Shown here: positions 55,617-64,000 of the stretch, piece after piece
Layout: every line of letters starts with the position of its first letter
Position numbering within the stretch: the stretch's first letter is position 1
Virus record (IMG/VR): IMGVR_UViG_3300020046_010243
Span: 1-64,000 of that record
Reading direction: 5' to 3' (one strand)
Source: a virus
Lineage: Duplodnaviria; Caudoviricetes
Length of the DNA: 64,000 nucleotides
Made by a program: the position numbers and the translations under genes
The notes under the pieces: model-generated
Told to the model about the DNA's origin: nothing
Database searches by the model: none
What the model saw: only the letters and a program-made list of their open reading frames with translations

Positions 55617-56394
55617 GTTGCTCTCCTTGCCGCGACAATGCATCCCATGCGATGCCGCGCCGCATTTCATCAAGAGTCCATTGGTTATCTGCGAGCACGC
55701 CTGCCCAGTTGCGGATGTATGCGGGCCCGCAGAAAATTGGAGTCTCCATTCGCTCCAGCGCAAGGTTTGCTACGGGAGCAGCAGCGCATTGCTTGCTCAC
55801 GAATGCGGGAACTCCGGAGAGCACTGCGGTAATCGCAGCCGCCGAGGACCAGGTGACCAGCGCATGTGCGCCTTCCAGATCCTCTCCGAGGGTGCTCGCA
55901 AGTTTCGCTTTGTCTCCGGACCAAAGCCGCAACCGCACCGACCGCTTGCTGATACCGCCGAGCGCCTTCATAGTATCCGACGCCCAGTTCCCCTGGTAGC
56001 CGACAATCGTCTCCATGAATGAATCCGACTGCGGGCAGACGACGATGTGACTGCCTCGATTGCGAAGCGGTCGATTGTCGATCCCGAGATCATCGAAACG
56101 CTGCTTGTTCGAGACGCCGAAGCCGGTATGCTGGAGTCGGTTCTTCGTGATGCGGAAGTACTGCTGCCGCGCATCGTCGAAGTAGCTATTGTCGCAGTAG
56201 TAGAAGTCTTGCTGCGCATTCGCTCGAACTGCCTTCCAGAGGTGCGCATTGCTCGCATCGACGCCGTAGAAGAAGGCGGGGCCGGGCTGCAGTTGCTCGG
56301 CGTCGACCAGGATCTGAGCACCGCAGCCTGCGGCGAAAGCCTTGCAGATGTCGAGCGACTTTTGCTTTCCGCTTACGGGGTAGCAGTAGATCAC
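55609..56394 (-). CDS. KpsC/KpsS-like (capsule synthesis) GT-B protein, paralog 2
   Basis: VRLR, AHALVTWSSAAAITAVLSGVP, NQWTLDEM..G. Confidence 0.55.
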   Translation of the reverse strand: MIYCYPVSGKQKSLDICKAFAAGCGAQILVDAEQLQPGPAFFYGVDASNAHLWKAVRANAQQDFYYCDNSYFDDARQQYFRITKNRLQHTGFGVSNKQRFDDLGIDNRPLRNRGSHIVVCPQSDSFMETIVGYQGNWASDTMKALGGISKRSVRLRLWSGDKAKLASTLGEDLEGAHALVTWSSAAAITAVLSGVPAFVSKQCAAAPVANLALERMETPIFCGPAYIRNWAGVLADNQWTLDEMRRGIAWDALSRQGEQRG

Positions 56395-57179
56395 TTTGCA
56401 CCTCCCGCGCGCGCGATCTCGAGGAAGCGCATGAACGGCTCACCCTTGTCGAGTTCAGCGATGCTCCATTGCGCCCACGCCATTTGCCGCATCGCATGGA
56501 GACGCTTCTCGTCGTCGTAAAGCAGCGGCGCGTCGAGCCGGGAGGCTGCGTTCGCGCAGATCCAGAAGGGCGCATCGAACCGAACCGGGATGCCGAGAGT
56601 CAGTGCCTTGACCCCCGAGGATGACGACCAGATCACGCAGTCGCGCGCGCCCGCGAGATCAGTCTCCAATGGGATCGCGGGCATATGGTTCCCGGGATGC
56701 AGTCGCAGTTGCGTGGGGTTGCCTTGCTTCTGAAGTCGAGTCTGAGCAAGCTTGTGCCAATCGGGCGGGGATGCCATGTGCGGCGTCCCGATGCCGCGCT
56801 GCCCGCAAATCAGCGAGTAGCCTTCGCGCTTCACCCAGGGTTGGAGTTCGATGTTCAGCGCGGCGAAGCGCTCGGGGCCGCCTCCAGGCCAGATCCCGCT
56901 ACCGTTATGGCCGTGAATCGATAGCGCATAGAGTTGGTGCCCGGCGGCATCCTTGCCGAGGTAGCCGTTCTCGGCGACGATGACTGTACCCCCATTCTTC
57001 TCCCAGGCGTCTGCCATCGACCCGCTCGACCCGTACCGGTTCCAGATGATGAGGAAGTCTTCGGGATCGGCCGCCATGCCCTTTTCGATGAGCCGGAACC
57101 CCGCTGCGCGCAGACCGCCGATGAAAGCTTCGCGGCGGTAGTGCGGTTCTGCTCGGATCATGCACAATGCGTTTTTCAT
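56391..57179 (-). CDS. KpsC/KpsS-like GT-B protein, paralog 1
   Basis: AENGYL, RLHPG, VIWSSSSGVKALTLGIP, AQWSIAEL..G. Confidence 0.55.
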   Translation of the reverse strand: MKNALCMIRAEPHYRREAFIGGLRAAGFRLIEKGMAADPEDFLIIWNRYGSSGSMADAWEKNGGTVIVAENGYLGKDAAGHQLYALSIHGHNGSGIWPGGGPERFAALNIELQPWVKREGYSLICGQRGIGTPHMASPPDWHKLAQTRLQKQGNPTQLRLHPGNHMPAIPLETDLAGARDCVIWSSSSGVKALTLGIPVRFDAPFWICANAASRLDAPLLYDDEKRLHAMRQMAWAQWSIAELDKGEPFMRFLEIARAGGAK

Positions 57180-58000
57180 TTGGCCAACTCCTCAGCCAGA
57201 TCGCCGCGAGGGAAGGAGTTGAGCGCCGAGTCGGGAGAGCAGTTGACCACCTCGACCCCTTCGGCTTTGAGGTCGGCAGCGAAGACTGCGAAGTTCTCCT
57301 TCCAGGCGCGATGGGGCAGCGAGTTGCTGAGCGGCGAGGGATGGTCCGGATGCCAATGCTTCCCTTTGAGATCGACTCCGATCAGGAGCATCCGGCGCGT
57401 GCCCGCAAGATACGCGAGGTTCATCGCTTGCACCGAGCTATTCGCTCCCTGTGCGATGTAGGACGGATCCTTGCTCAGGTTCGAGGTGCGCCGACTGGCG
57501 ATGTAGTTGAGCGAGAACTGCTTTGCTGCGAGTTCGTCTTGCGTCCAGAGCGCAGCGGGCGGGAAGATTTCGCACGCCTCGGCATAGTAGGTCTTCTTTG
57601 TCTCGGGATCCTCGGCGCGCCACCATGCACCATCGCAGGCGTAGAGAATATCCGCGAAGGGCGCGAGCCGAAAGCTCGTGTTGATAACTATGACCCGCGC
57701 ATCGCCTCGGGTCTCGCGCCAGTAGCGTACGGTCTCGCATTGAGTCTCGGAAAGACTCGGACCGCTCGCAACAACCACTACGGTGCAGCCATGCCAAGGC
57801 GGGAAGCGCTGCTCGGGAACCTGCGCGACCGCAGGCGCAGGCACTGGAGGAGGCGCGGTCTTGCTTGCGGGGATGAACTGCTCCGCATAGCCCGACGCGA
57901 TCCAATCCAGCGCCTTCTCGCGGTTTTCTTCGATGAACTGATCTCCCCGACGAATCGGATTGACCGATGTCGGAAGATCCTTTAGTGCACGCAACAGCAT
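57176..58000 (-). CDS. Maf/DUF115/GT42-like Rossmann protein (nonulosonate-transferase-like)
   Basis: VVASGPSL, VINTSF, YACD..WW, GANS.VQAMNLAY.AG..R.LLIGVD. Confidence 0.6.
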   Translation of the reverse strand: MLLRALKDLPTSVNPIRRGDQFIEENREKALDWIASGYAEQFIPASKTAPPPVPAPAVAQVPEQRFPPWHGCTVVVVASGPSLSETQCETVRYWRETRGDARVIVINTSFRLAPFADILYACDGAWWRAEDPETKKTYYAEACEIFPPAALWTQDELAAKQFSLNYIASRRTSNLSKDPSYIAQGANSSVQAMNLAYLAGTRRMLLIGVDLKGKHWHPDHPSPLSNSLPHRAWKENFAVFAADLKAEGVEVVNCSPDSALNSFPRGDLAEELAK

Positions 58001-58031
58001 AGCATCTCCTTTGGGCCGGTGATGCCCAGGG

Positions 58032-59678
58032 TCACTTCAGTCGGACCTGCGTCGCTTCCTTTCCTTTGACCGCTACTTCGCGGTCCTTGCCTGGACGCCC
58101 GCGCTGCGCTGCGAGTTTCCATGAGTCGCTTGTCCCCGGTACTTCGTTCGTCGAGCGCTTCGCAATCCACCACGAACCATCCCACGCTACCGAATCGCCT
58201 CGAGCATAAAGCTTTCCTTGCTCGTATGCATCCCGACTGATGACCATCGGGAGCACGACTTCCTGTACGTTGGTTTCCTCGACCTCTCCGTTGCTGTTCA
58301 GGCTCATGCGCAGCGTGCGGTCATCGGGAAGGAGTTCGAGCTTGAAGTCCTTGACCGAGAGACCATCCTTGCCCGCGGGCGGCGGAGGCATCGACTTCAG
58401 ATAGTGGGTGACGGCGAGATCGACCATGAGCTTTATGGCGTCGAGGTCGGGAGCCTTCTCCTTCGGCAATGCGAGGATCGCTTGCGCAACCTCGCCCCTC
58501 ACCATCGAACGCACTTGCTCGGCATCGACCGAGACGCCATCCTTGCCGGGGATAGGATCGGGCACGACGATTTCGATTTGCTTCACGGCGTCCTCGACCA
58601 TCGAAGCGATGACCGCGGGGTCAGCATCCTTGCCGTTTGCGGGCACCGGGATCAATGCAACCGCCGCATCGACTTGCTCCATGACTTTCTTGAAGACCAG
58701 CGCATAGTCGATCTCGGGCGGGGGCGCTTGCGGGGGCGCGCTCGCGCTCGCTCGCGCGAGAGCAGCCTCGACGATATGATCGAGTTGCTCCATCGATGGG
58801 GCTCGTTTCTCTGCGGCTGCGTCGATGAGCGGCGCGATCTCCTCGAGAGTCACCGACTTCCCATCGGCGGGCTTCGGAATCTGCGCAACCGCGAGCGATA
58901 GCGCGCCATGCAGTTCGGGCAGCGCAGTTTCTGCGAGTTGCTTGCGCACCTCTGCGCCGATCGCCGGAGCGACATCCTCGAGCGTCACCGAGGTCCCCGG
59001 CTTGCCCTCGGGGACTACGATGTTTTTGATTTGCGCATCGACTACTTCGACTACGAAGCGGTGCACCGCGGCGAGGTCGACCGGGTCGGCATCCTTTCCG
59101 TTCGCGGGCTTCGGGATCGCAGCGACTTCGGCTTGCACCGCCGCGAGGATCATCGGCTGCACATCTCCGATCAGCACTGATGCACCATCCTTCGGAATCG
59201 GGATCTGCGCGACGAGTGCCTCGAGCGAAGCCGAGAGCGACTGCGAAAGCTCCTCCTTCATCTTCGCAGCGAGCGAAGGCAGCGCAGCGAGCGCAGCCTC
59301 GATAGCGAGCGCGGGATCCGCATCCTTGCCTGGTGCTCCCGGCGGTGCAGGAGGCAATGCGCGCACCTGCTCAGCGATGGTCTCCTTCACCGAGAGCAGA
59401 AGCGCATCCTTGTCGATGCTCTCGCCCGGATCGCCCTTGGGCCCCGGATCGCCAGGGTCACCCTTGGGCGGGGCAGGGATCGCAGCGAGAGCGGCGCTGA
59501 CCGCCTTCTCGACGATGAGCGCCAACCCTTCCAGCGATTGCGCATGTCGCTGCGCCATCGCCGCTTCGGCTTTCTGGAAGAGGTCAAGCAAATCTGCCTC
59601 TCGTTTCGCGCAGTAAGTCTTGACCGAATCGAAGACTCGCGCCGCGAGCAGATCCAAATTATTGTCAGACATTTTCAT
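58032..59678 (-). CDS. head-associated repeat protein (P..GKD repeats, short collagen-like stretch)
   Basis: ~9 IPxPxxGK(D/S) units separated by helices; C-terminal Y..GD.V.WDGS.W. Confidence 0.8.
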   Translation of the reverse strand: MKMSDNNLDLLAARVFDSVKTYCAKREADLLDLFQKAEAAMAQRHAQSLEGLALIVEKAVSAALAAIPAPPKGDPGDPGPKGDPGESIDKDALLLSVKETIAEQVRALPPAPPGAPGKDADPALAIEAALAALPSLAAKMKEELSQSLSASLEALVAQIPIPKDGASVLIGDVQPMILAAVQAEVAAIPKPANGKDADPVDLAAVHRFVVEVVDAQIKNIVVPEGKPGTSVTLEDVAPAIGAEVRKQLAETALPELHGALSLAVAQIPKPADGKSVTLEEIAPLIDAAAEKRAPSMEQLDHIVEAALARASASAPPQAPPPEIDYALVFKKVMEQVDAAVALIPVPANGKDADPAVIASMVEDAVKQIEIVVPDPIPGKDGVSVDAEQVRSMVRGEVAQAILALPKEKAPDLDAIKLMVDLAVTHYLKSMPPPPAGKDGLSVKDFKLELLPDDRTLRMSLNSNGEVEETNVQEVVLPMVISRDAYEQGKLYARGDSVAWDGSWWIAKRSTNEVPGTSDSWKLAAQRGRPGKDREVAVKGKEATQVRLK

Positions 59679-59687
59679 GACCTCGTG

Positions 59688-60170
59688 TCAGTCAAGCAAC
59701 CCAGAGTGCAGTGCTGAAATGAGCAGGGCGATTATATCCTGATCGTCTCGGAGAATGCGCGCGCGGTTAGAAGGCGGGTAGTAAAAATGATATCCCCCAC
59801 CAGGCATCGGAGTGATGATCGGAGGTTCCGGCGGTTCGATAGGCGCACCGATACCCATGCCGAATCGAACGAAAAGCGAAGCCGACTGCACCGTCCCAAG
59901 CGTGATGTAGCTGCCGCTTTGCGTGGCCGCAGAAGGCGCAAGGCCGAGCATTGCGGCCTTGCTTGCGCTCTGTCCATAACCAAAGGTGATATAGCTGCCG
60001 CCTTGAGCTGTCGCGGAAGGCACAAGGCCGAGCATTGCGGCCTTGCTTGCGCTCTGCCCATAGCCAAAGGTGATATAGCTTCCGCCCTCCCCCGGGTCAT
60101 CGACAAAAGCATGCCACCACGGGTTTGCGAACTCCGCGCTGTCGAACCAAGGTTGTTGAAACCAAACCAC
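59688..60170 (-). CDS. virion-associated protein with internal 28-aa repeat
   Basis: GGSYITFGYGQSASKAAMLGL x2 plus a degenerate third copy. Confidence 0.7.
   Translation of the reverse strand: MVWFQQPWFDSAEFANPWWHAFVDDPGEGGSYITFGYGQSASKAAMLGLVPSATAQGGSYITFGYGQSASKAAMLGLAPSAATQSGSYITLGTVQSASLFVRFGMGIGAPIEPPEPPIITPMPGGGYHFYYPPSNRARILRDDQDIIALLISALHSGLLD
59941..60086. repeat. 84-bp-period direct repeat inside 59688..60170
   Basis: AGGCCGAGCATTGCGGCCTTGCTTGCGCTCTG... at 59941 and 60025. Confidence 0.9.
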
Positions 60171-60174
60171 ACCA

Positions 60175-61032
60175 TTAGCTCCCGTCCAGAACCGTGCCGC
60201 TTCGCTCGCCTTCGGCAGTCGCAGTTCCGGCTATGCGATCGGTGCTGCCGTCGACACTCTTGAACGTGATTGCATATGTCCCGTTACCATTATCTACTAC
60301 TTCGCAGTTCCCCGCGATGCCCGCGAGAATGACTCGAAGTACTTCGCTCGCAGTCATGCCTGACTCGATGAGAGCATCCCAAGGGTTCGCCCCCGCCCCT
60401 AGATCGTTCAACTTCTCGCCCATAGACCCGGCTGCATTGTTCGCAGAAGCAACCGCAGACCAGACTGACTGACCAACGTTTGCGGTGCTGAGTCCGGTCC
60501 CGGTCACGACGATATCAATCGCCATGTCGCCGAAAGCAGCAATGGTGGCGTCGAGATCCCCCGCACCAAGCAGGTTGACCACCATGTTGCCGAGTCCCGA
60601 CAAGCTCGCTTCCAGGTCGCCCGCCCCGGTGAAGTCGACGCTTGCATTCAAGCGACCTTGAATCGTTGCGGTCAGCGCGCCCGAACCGCCCAGCGCGCAG
60701 AGCATCGACACTACTAGCGCGGCGGTCGCATCGAAGTCACTTGCTCCGGTGAGGTCTATGCTCATCGGATACGTCGCGATCAAGCTCCCGGCTATGCTGC
60801 CGATACCATCGGTCCGCATCGACATTTCACTCGCGAGGATCGGCGGCTGGTAGGAGTTCTGGAGATAATGACCCGGAGGATTCGCGACGGTCTGTAGAAC
60901 TTCGGATGCGCCGTCCGGGTAGATGTATTTCTCGAACTGGTAGTAGCTATCCCACTGCCCGGGCAGCAGTGCCTGCGCGCTCCCCTCGAACATCCCCGAG
61001 AAGCCGATCCGCAAGAAGTTCGAGAGAAGCAT
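60175..61032 (-). CDS. Gly/Ala/Ser/Thr-rich putative virion fiber or decoration protein
   Basis: beta-helix-like repeats (L.GAG.L.A); late-operon position. Confidence 0.7.
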   Translation of the reverse strand: MLLSNFLRIGFSGMFEGSAQALLPGQWDSYYQFEKYIYPDGASEVLQTVANPPGHYLQNSYQPPILASEMSMRTDGIGSIAGSLIATYPMSIDLTGASDFDATAALVVSMLCALGGSGALTATIQGRLNASVDFTGAGDLEASLSGLGNMVVNLLGAGDLDATIAAFGDMAIDIVVTGTGLSTANVGQSVWSAVASANNAAGSMGEKLNDLGAGANPWDALIESGMTASEVLRVILAGIAGNCEVVDNGNGTYAITFKSVDGSTDRIAGTATAEGERSGTVLDGS

Positions 61033-62219
61033 TACGACGTCCAGCCGAAATTCAGGTGCGCTTCGATGAGCGAGTTCGCCGGAGTCGCAACGCCTGACTT
61101 GCCGATCATGTAGAGGGCGGCACCATCGTAGACCCGCACGCCGCCATCGAAGCGCCAGGGGACGCTCTGTCCGAGGACTTGCAGCGGCACCGGCTCGCCG
61201 AGTCGTTTGAAGAGCGCGACGGAGTACATGCCCGAGGTGTAGGTCGCGCTGTTGCGGATGGTCTGGATAGAGCGGATGCCGCTATCGGCTCCTTGCAGGG
61301 GAATCGCGGGGCCGAACTTCCCCGCGCCGGTCGCGCCGGTATAGAGAATGTGCGAGGCAGTCGCAGCGGTCTTCCCGATCGGCGCGCTAGGCGACGTCGG
61401 GGTGGCGCGGCTTGCGGTCCCGGCGCCGTTCTGGTAGCCGAGAGTCAGTTGCGGCGTACCCGCACCAAGGGCGGTTGCCGAAGGATTGAAGAACATCGCG
61501 TCGACGCCGACCCCATCCGAGTAGCGCGGCAGCCGAACATCGATGACATTGGTTCCGGTCCCGGCATCGGTATAGGCAATCGCCGTCCCCGCGATGGCAT
61601 TCGTGCGGCTGGTAGCGAAGCGACTCGTGGTCGCCGATACCCGGATCGTATAGTAGTCGACGCCCGCGGTAAGCCCGGTAGGCAGCGCGCCTCCTGAATT
61701 GCGGAACCTCACCTTCGAGAGGCTTTGGACGTCGTTGGTGTAAGTTCCGAGCAGACCCGACGATGACGAGAAGGTAGTAGTCTCTCCGCCGCCTATCCCC
61801 GATCCCGTATCGTAGGGCCAGATGACGGTCTGCGCGGTCGTGGTGGTGACTGAAGTCACCCGGATGAAACCGAGCAGGTCGATCAGTTGCACCCAGAAGG
61901 GAACCACGGTTGCCGCCGCGGTGTTCACCATCGCGGTCTCGAGGATCTTGTAGTCGTCGCCATCGGCTCCGACATCGCCTCCGTGATAGAGGCTACCTGC
62001 GCTCGCAGTCTGGTCACTCACCGACTGGAAGAGGAGGTTGGTGCCCGCATCGAAGATCGCATCGGCCGAGGGGTAGCCGCCGCCCCGGAAGAGAGTATGC
62101 CATTCATTCGCAACGGCGGCGGCGGTCGGGTTGAACTGCTTGGACATGACGGTTTGGAAGCGCTTGCCGAGCGCCGACATCGAGTTCAGGCGATTGTCGA
62201 GTCCGGTGAATCCACCCAT
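61032..62219 (-). CDS. putative virion structural protein, paralog A (with inserted beta domain)
   Basis: LPRYSDGVGV, Y.NGAG.A.R, GPAIPL..DSGIRS. Confidence 0.8.
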   Translation of the reverse strand: MGGFTGLDNRLNSMSALGKRFQTVMSKQFNPTAAAVANEWHTLFRGGGYPSADAIFDAGTNLLFQSVSDQTASAGSLYHGGDVGADGDDYKILETAMVNTAAATVVPFWVQLIDLLGFIRVTSVTTTTAQTVIWPYDTGSGIGGGETTTFSSSSGLLGTYTNDVQSLSKVRFRNSGGALPTGLTAGVDYYTIRVSATTSRFATSRTNAIAGTAIAYTDAGTGTNVIDVRLPRYSDGVGVDAMFFNPSATALGAGTPQLTLGYQNGAGTASRATPTSPSAPIGKTAATASHILYTGATGAGKFGPAIPLQGADSGIRSIQTIRNSATYTSGMYSVALFKRLGEPVPLQVLGQSVPWRFDGGVRVYDGAALYMIGKSGVATPANSLIEAHLNFGWTS

Positions 62220-62220
62220 G

Positions 62221-63078
62221 TTATTTCCTCACCCATAAGGTTCGAAGTTGACCTTCAATGATGGCGCCCGACAGGGAGCCGTTCGGCTTACAAATCATCG
62301 ACAGATATGCATCGTCTTCGATCTGCTCAAACATTCCAAGATGCTGCCAGAAGGACCAGCCCGATGGGTTAGTGTTTTCGTAGCCCGCAAAAGGCGCGAG
62401 AGGCTTGACGAGCACTACTGCGAGGTTCCCGGCGTCGGCAGAGAAAAACTCGATGCTCTCGACGCTGCGCACCCCACCATCGCCTTGCGCTAGCGGCACG
62501 AAGGGACCGGGACAGCCTGCTTTAGTAGGCGCGGAAGTCGCAACCGTACCGAGGAGCGCCTGGGTATTGATGGTCATGATCGGGGACTGCCTGCCTGCTA
62601 CGCCCGCAGAGTTCGTATACGTAACGCGGCAGGTACCGCCGCCCACATATGGGAACTGCTCGACCAGCATGATCTGCACACCTTCGCCGCTCGAGTAGCG
62701 GGGCAGCGTGACTGCATTCGTCATCGACTGCACATCCTCCATCGGGATCAGAGGATAGTACATCAGGTAGTCGGCGATGATGAGCGAAAGAGGCATCGCA
62801 GTGGCGGTGACCGATAGCACGCATGCGTAGTCGAGAAACTTGCGGTAGTCGGAGCCCTTGTCTTCGCCATGATCCAGCCCGCCGTCGACGCTCCGGCGCA
62901 GCGCTCGCGCGGTATTCGGAGACCCATCAGTGAAGTAATTCGCGGCAGGGTAGCGACCCGACATCGTGAGGTCGACGAAGATGCCTGCTCCGGTTGCGAT
63001 GGATGGAACCTTGACCCAGGGGCGGGCGAGGACTCGTCCTTCATCCGGAGCCGAAAACAATTTCGCATGCGTCAGCAC
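62221..63078 (-). CDS. putative virion structural protein, paralog B
   Basis: LPRYSSGEGV, Y.NSAG.AGR, GPFVPL..DGGVRS. Confidence 0.8.
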   Translation of the reverse strand: MLTHAKLFSAPDEGRVLARPWVKVPSIATGAGIFVDLTMSGRYPAANYFTDGSPNTARALRRSVDGGLDHGEDKGSDYRKFLDYACVLSVTATAMPLSLIIADYLMYYPLIPMEDVQSMTNAVTLPRYSSGEGVQIMLVEQFPYVGGGTCRVTYTNSAGVAGRQSPIMTINTQALLGTVATSAPTKAGCPGPFVPLAQGDGGVRSVESIEFFSADAGNLAVVLVKPLAPFAGYENTNPSGWSFWQHLGMFEQIEDDAYLSMICKPNGSLSGAIIEGQLRTLWVRK

Positions 63079-63332
63079 TAGATGCTCCGGCCAGTCAGCG
63101 CAGAGAGAAACTGCCGCAGCGTCAGCCGCAACCTACGCTCCGCGCGAACCGCTACATTAACATCGCCCTGTCCGCGCAGAGTCACTTTCCGATTCGCCCA
63201 GATGATCGCATCCGTATGGTCGCAAGAGAACTTCTTACGTGGTTCGCCGCCATCCGGCGCAAGAGTGACATCGACAGCAGCGCCGCAAACGGAGCATTCG
63301 TAGAGCGGAGGGAAGCGGTCGCGCAACGACAT
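63078..63332 (-). CDS. small Cys/His protein
   Basis: CSVC...CDH; coupled overlaps. Confidence 0.7.
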   Translation of the reverse strand: MSLRDRFPPLYECSVCGAAVDVTLAPDGGEPRKKFSCDHTDAIIWANRKVTLRGQGDVNVAVRAERRLRLTLRQFLSALTGRSI

Positions 63333-63334
63333 GC

Positions 63335-63769
63335 TCAGGTCTCCGTGATCGTGACCGATCCGATCGGGAAGCGCGGCTGGATCTGATTCGAGACTGCGAT
63401 GGAGGCATTCAAGTCACCGTAATGGAAAATCTGCGCCGATCCTCCCCCGGGCTTACCCGTCGCGGCAGCGACGATGGTGTTGCCCGTGACCCCGCACTGC
63501 GGGAACTCGATGGCCGCCGCGTTCGCGGTTGCGCCCCCAGAGGGAGCCGACCAGCCCCCGGTCGTCCGCGCAGTGCTCTGGCGCGCGTAGTTCGTGTAGG
63601 TCGATTCGTTGCTGGCGAGAGTCGATGAGGCGCTATAGCTCGCGGTCGCCAGCGCAACTTCGACTGCGGTGATCGGGCTGGTCGCATCATTGTCGGCGAT
63701 GTCCGCGATAGCCGAGGCATTGTAGTACAGCCCGAGAACTGCATTGCACATTGCGGTAGACTTCGGCAT
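63335..63769 (-). CDS. phage minor structural (head or tail fiber) protein
   Basis: E..Y..YARQ...W..P....AN..AIEFP motif. Confidence 0.75.
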   Translation of the reverse strand: MPKSTAMCNAVLGLYYNASAIADIADNDATSPITAVEVALATASYSASSTLASNESTYTNYARQSTARTTGGWSAPSGGATANAAAIEFPQCGVTGNTIVAAATGKPGGGSAQIFHYGDLNASIAVSNQIQPRFPIGSVTITET

Positions 63770-63792
63770 TTCAGAACTCCCCTAAGTTTTGA

Positions 63793-63987
63793 TTATGTAG
63801 CTCTGGTTTGAGTGGTCGGCGTTGTCGCGCTATCAAGCGTGAACGTCATGGCGGTCGTGCTTCCATCCAACTTCTTTGCGGTGAGAGTAGTGCTGGCGAT
63901 GCTGCGTTCTGCGAGCAACGACCAGATCATATGCAGTGCTTGCGCAGGAGTCATCGCGCTGCCATCCGCCGCATAGCTTTCGGTCAT
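63793..63987 (-). CDS. 3' end of a structural-region protein (true start may lie outside the window)
   Basis: Thr-rich C-terminus; near the window edge. Confidence 0.55.
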   Translation of the reverse strand: MTESYAADGSAMTPAQALHMIWSLLAERSIASTTLTAKKLDGSTTAMTFTLDSATTPTTQTRAT

Positions 63988-64000
63988 CGCAGTCGTCCAG

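Noticed and set aside
1-64000. tRNA/rRNA genes, integrase, repressor, IS elements
   Set aside because: None recognisable by eye. Lifestyle cannot be fixed because part of the genome lies outside the window.

Overview
This window is most of a GC-rich, long-tailed dsDNA phage (siphovirus) genome, probably infecting a Proteobacterium. No integrase, repressor, capsid, portal or terminase is visible, so those may lie outside the window. Layout: (1) 1-0.9 kb: HNH/P-loop fusion beside a cos-like sequence. (2) 1.8-14.2 kb, minus strand: small accessory genes, an ADP-ribosyltransferase-like gene and a MoxR-AAA/DUF3150-like/peptidase-vWA triad; eight of these genes carry a conserved double-hairpin leader and share a strong sigma70 promoter at about 15.1 kb. 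(3) 15.3-37.8 kb: replication/recombination genes (SF2 helicase, Sak4-like ATPase, SSB, YqaJ, RuvC-like, primase-helicase, clamp-like protein, PolA) and an expanded 7-deazaguanine DNA-modification cluster (queE, queD, folE, two QueC-like genes, Asn-synthase-like amidotransferase, DpdA/TGT-like). (4) 37.8-64 kb, minus strand: lysis, GTA-like tail, neck and head-accessory genes, with a seven-gene glycosyl/methyl-transferase cassette inserted in the late operon. Top hypothesis (inference): a phage-encoded virion O-glycosylation system. The cassette co-occurs with a Gly-Ser-Pro tripeptide seen 12 times, with all six Ser codons, in predicted exterior virion proteins, but not in the tape measure or chaperone and only once in the non-structural proteins I read. 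All assignments are from motif recognition by eye; no database searches were run.
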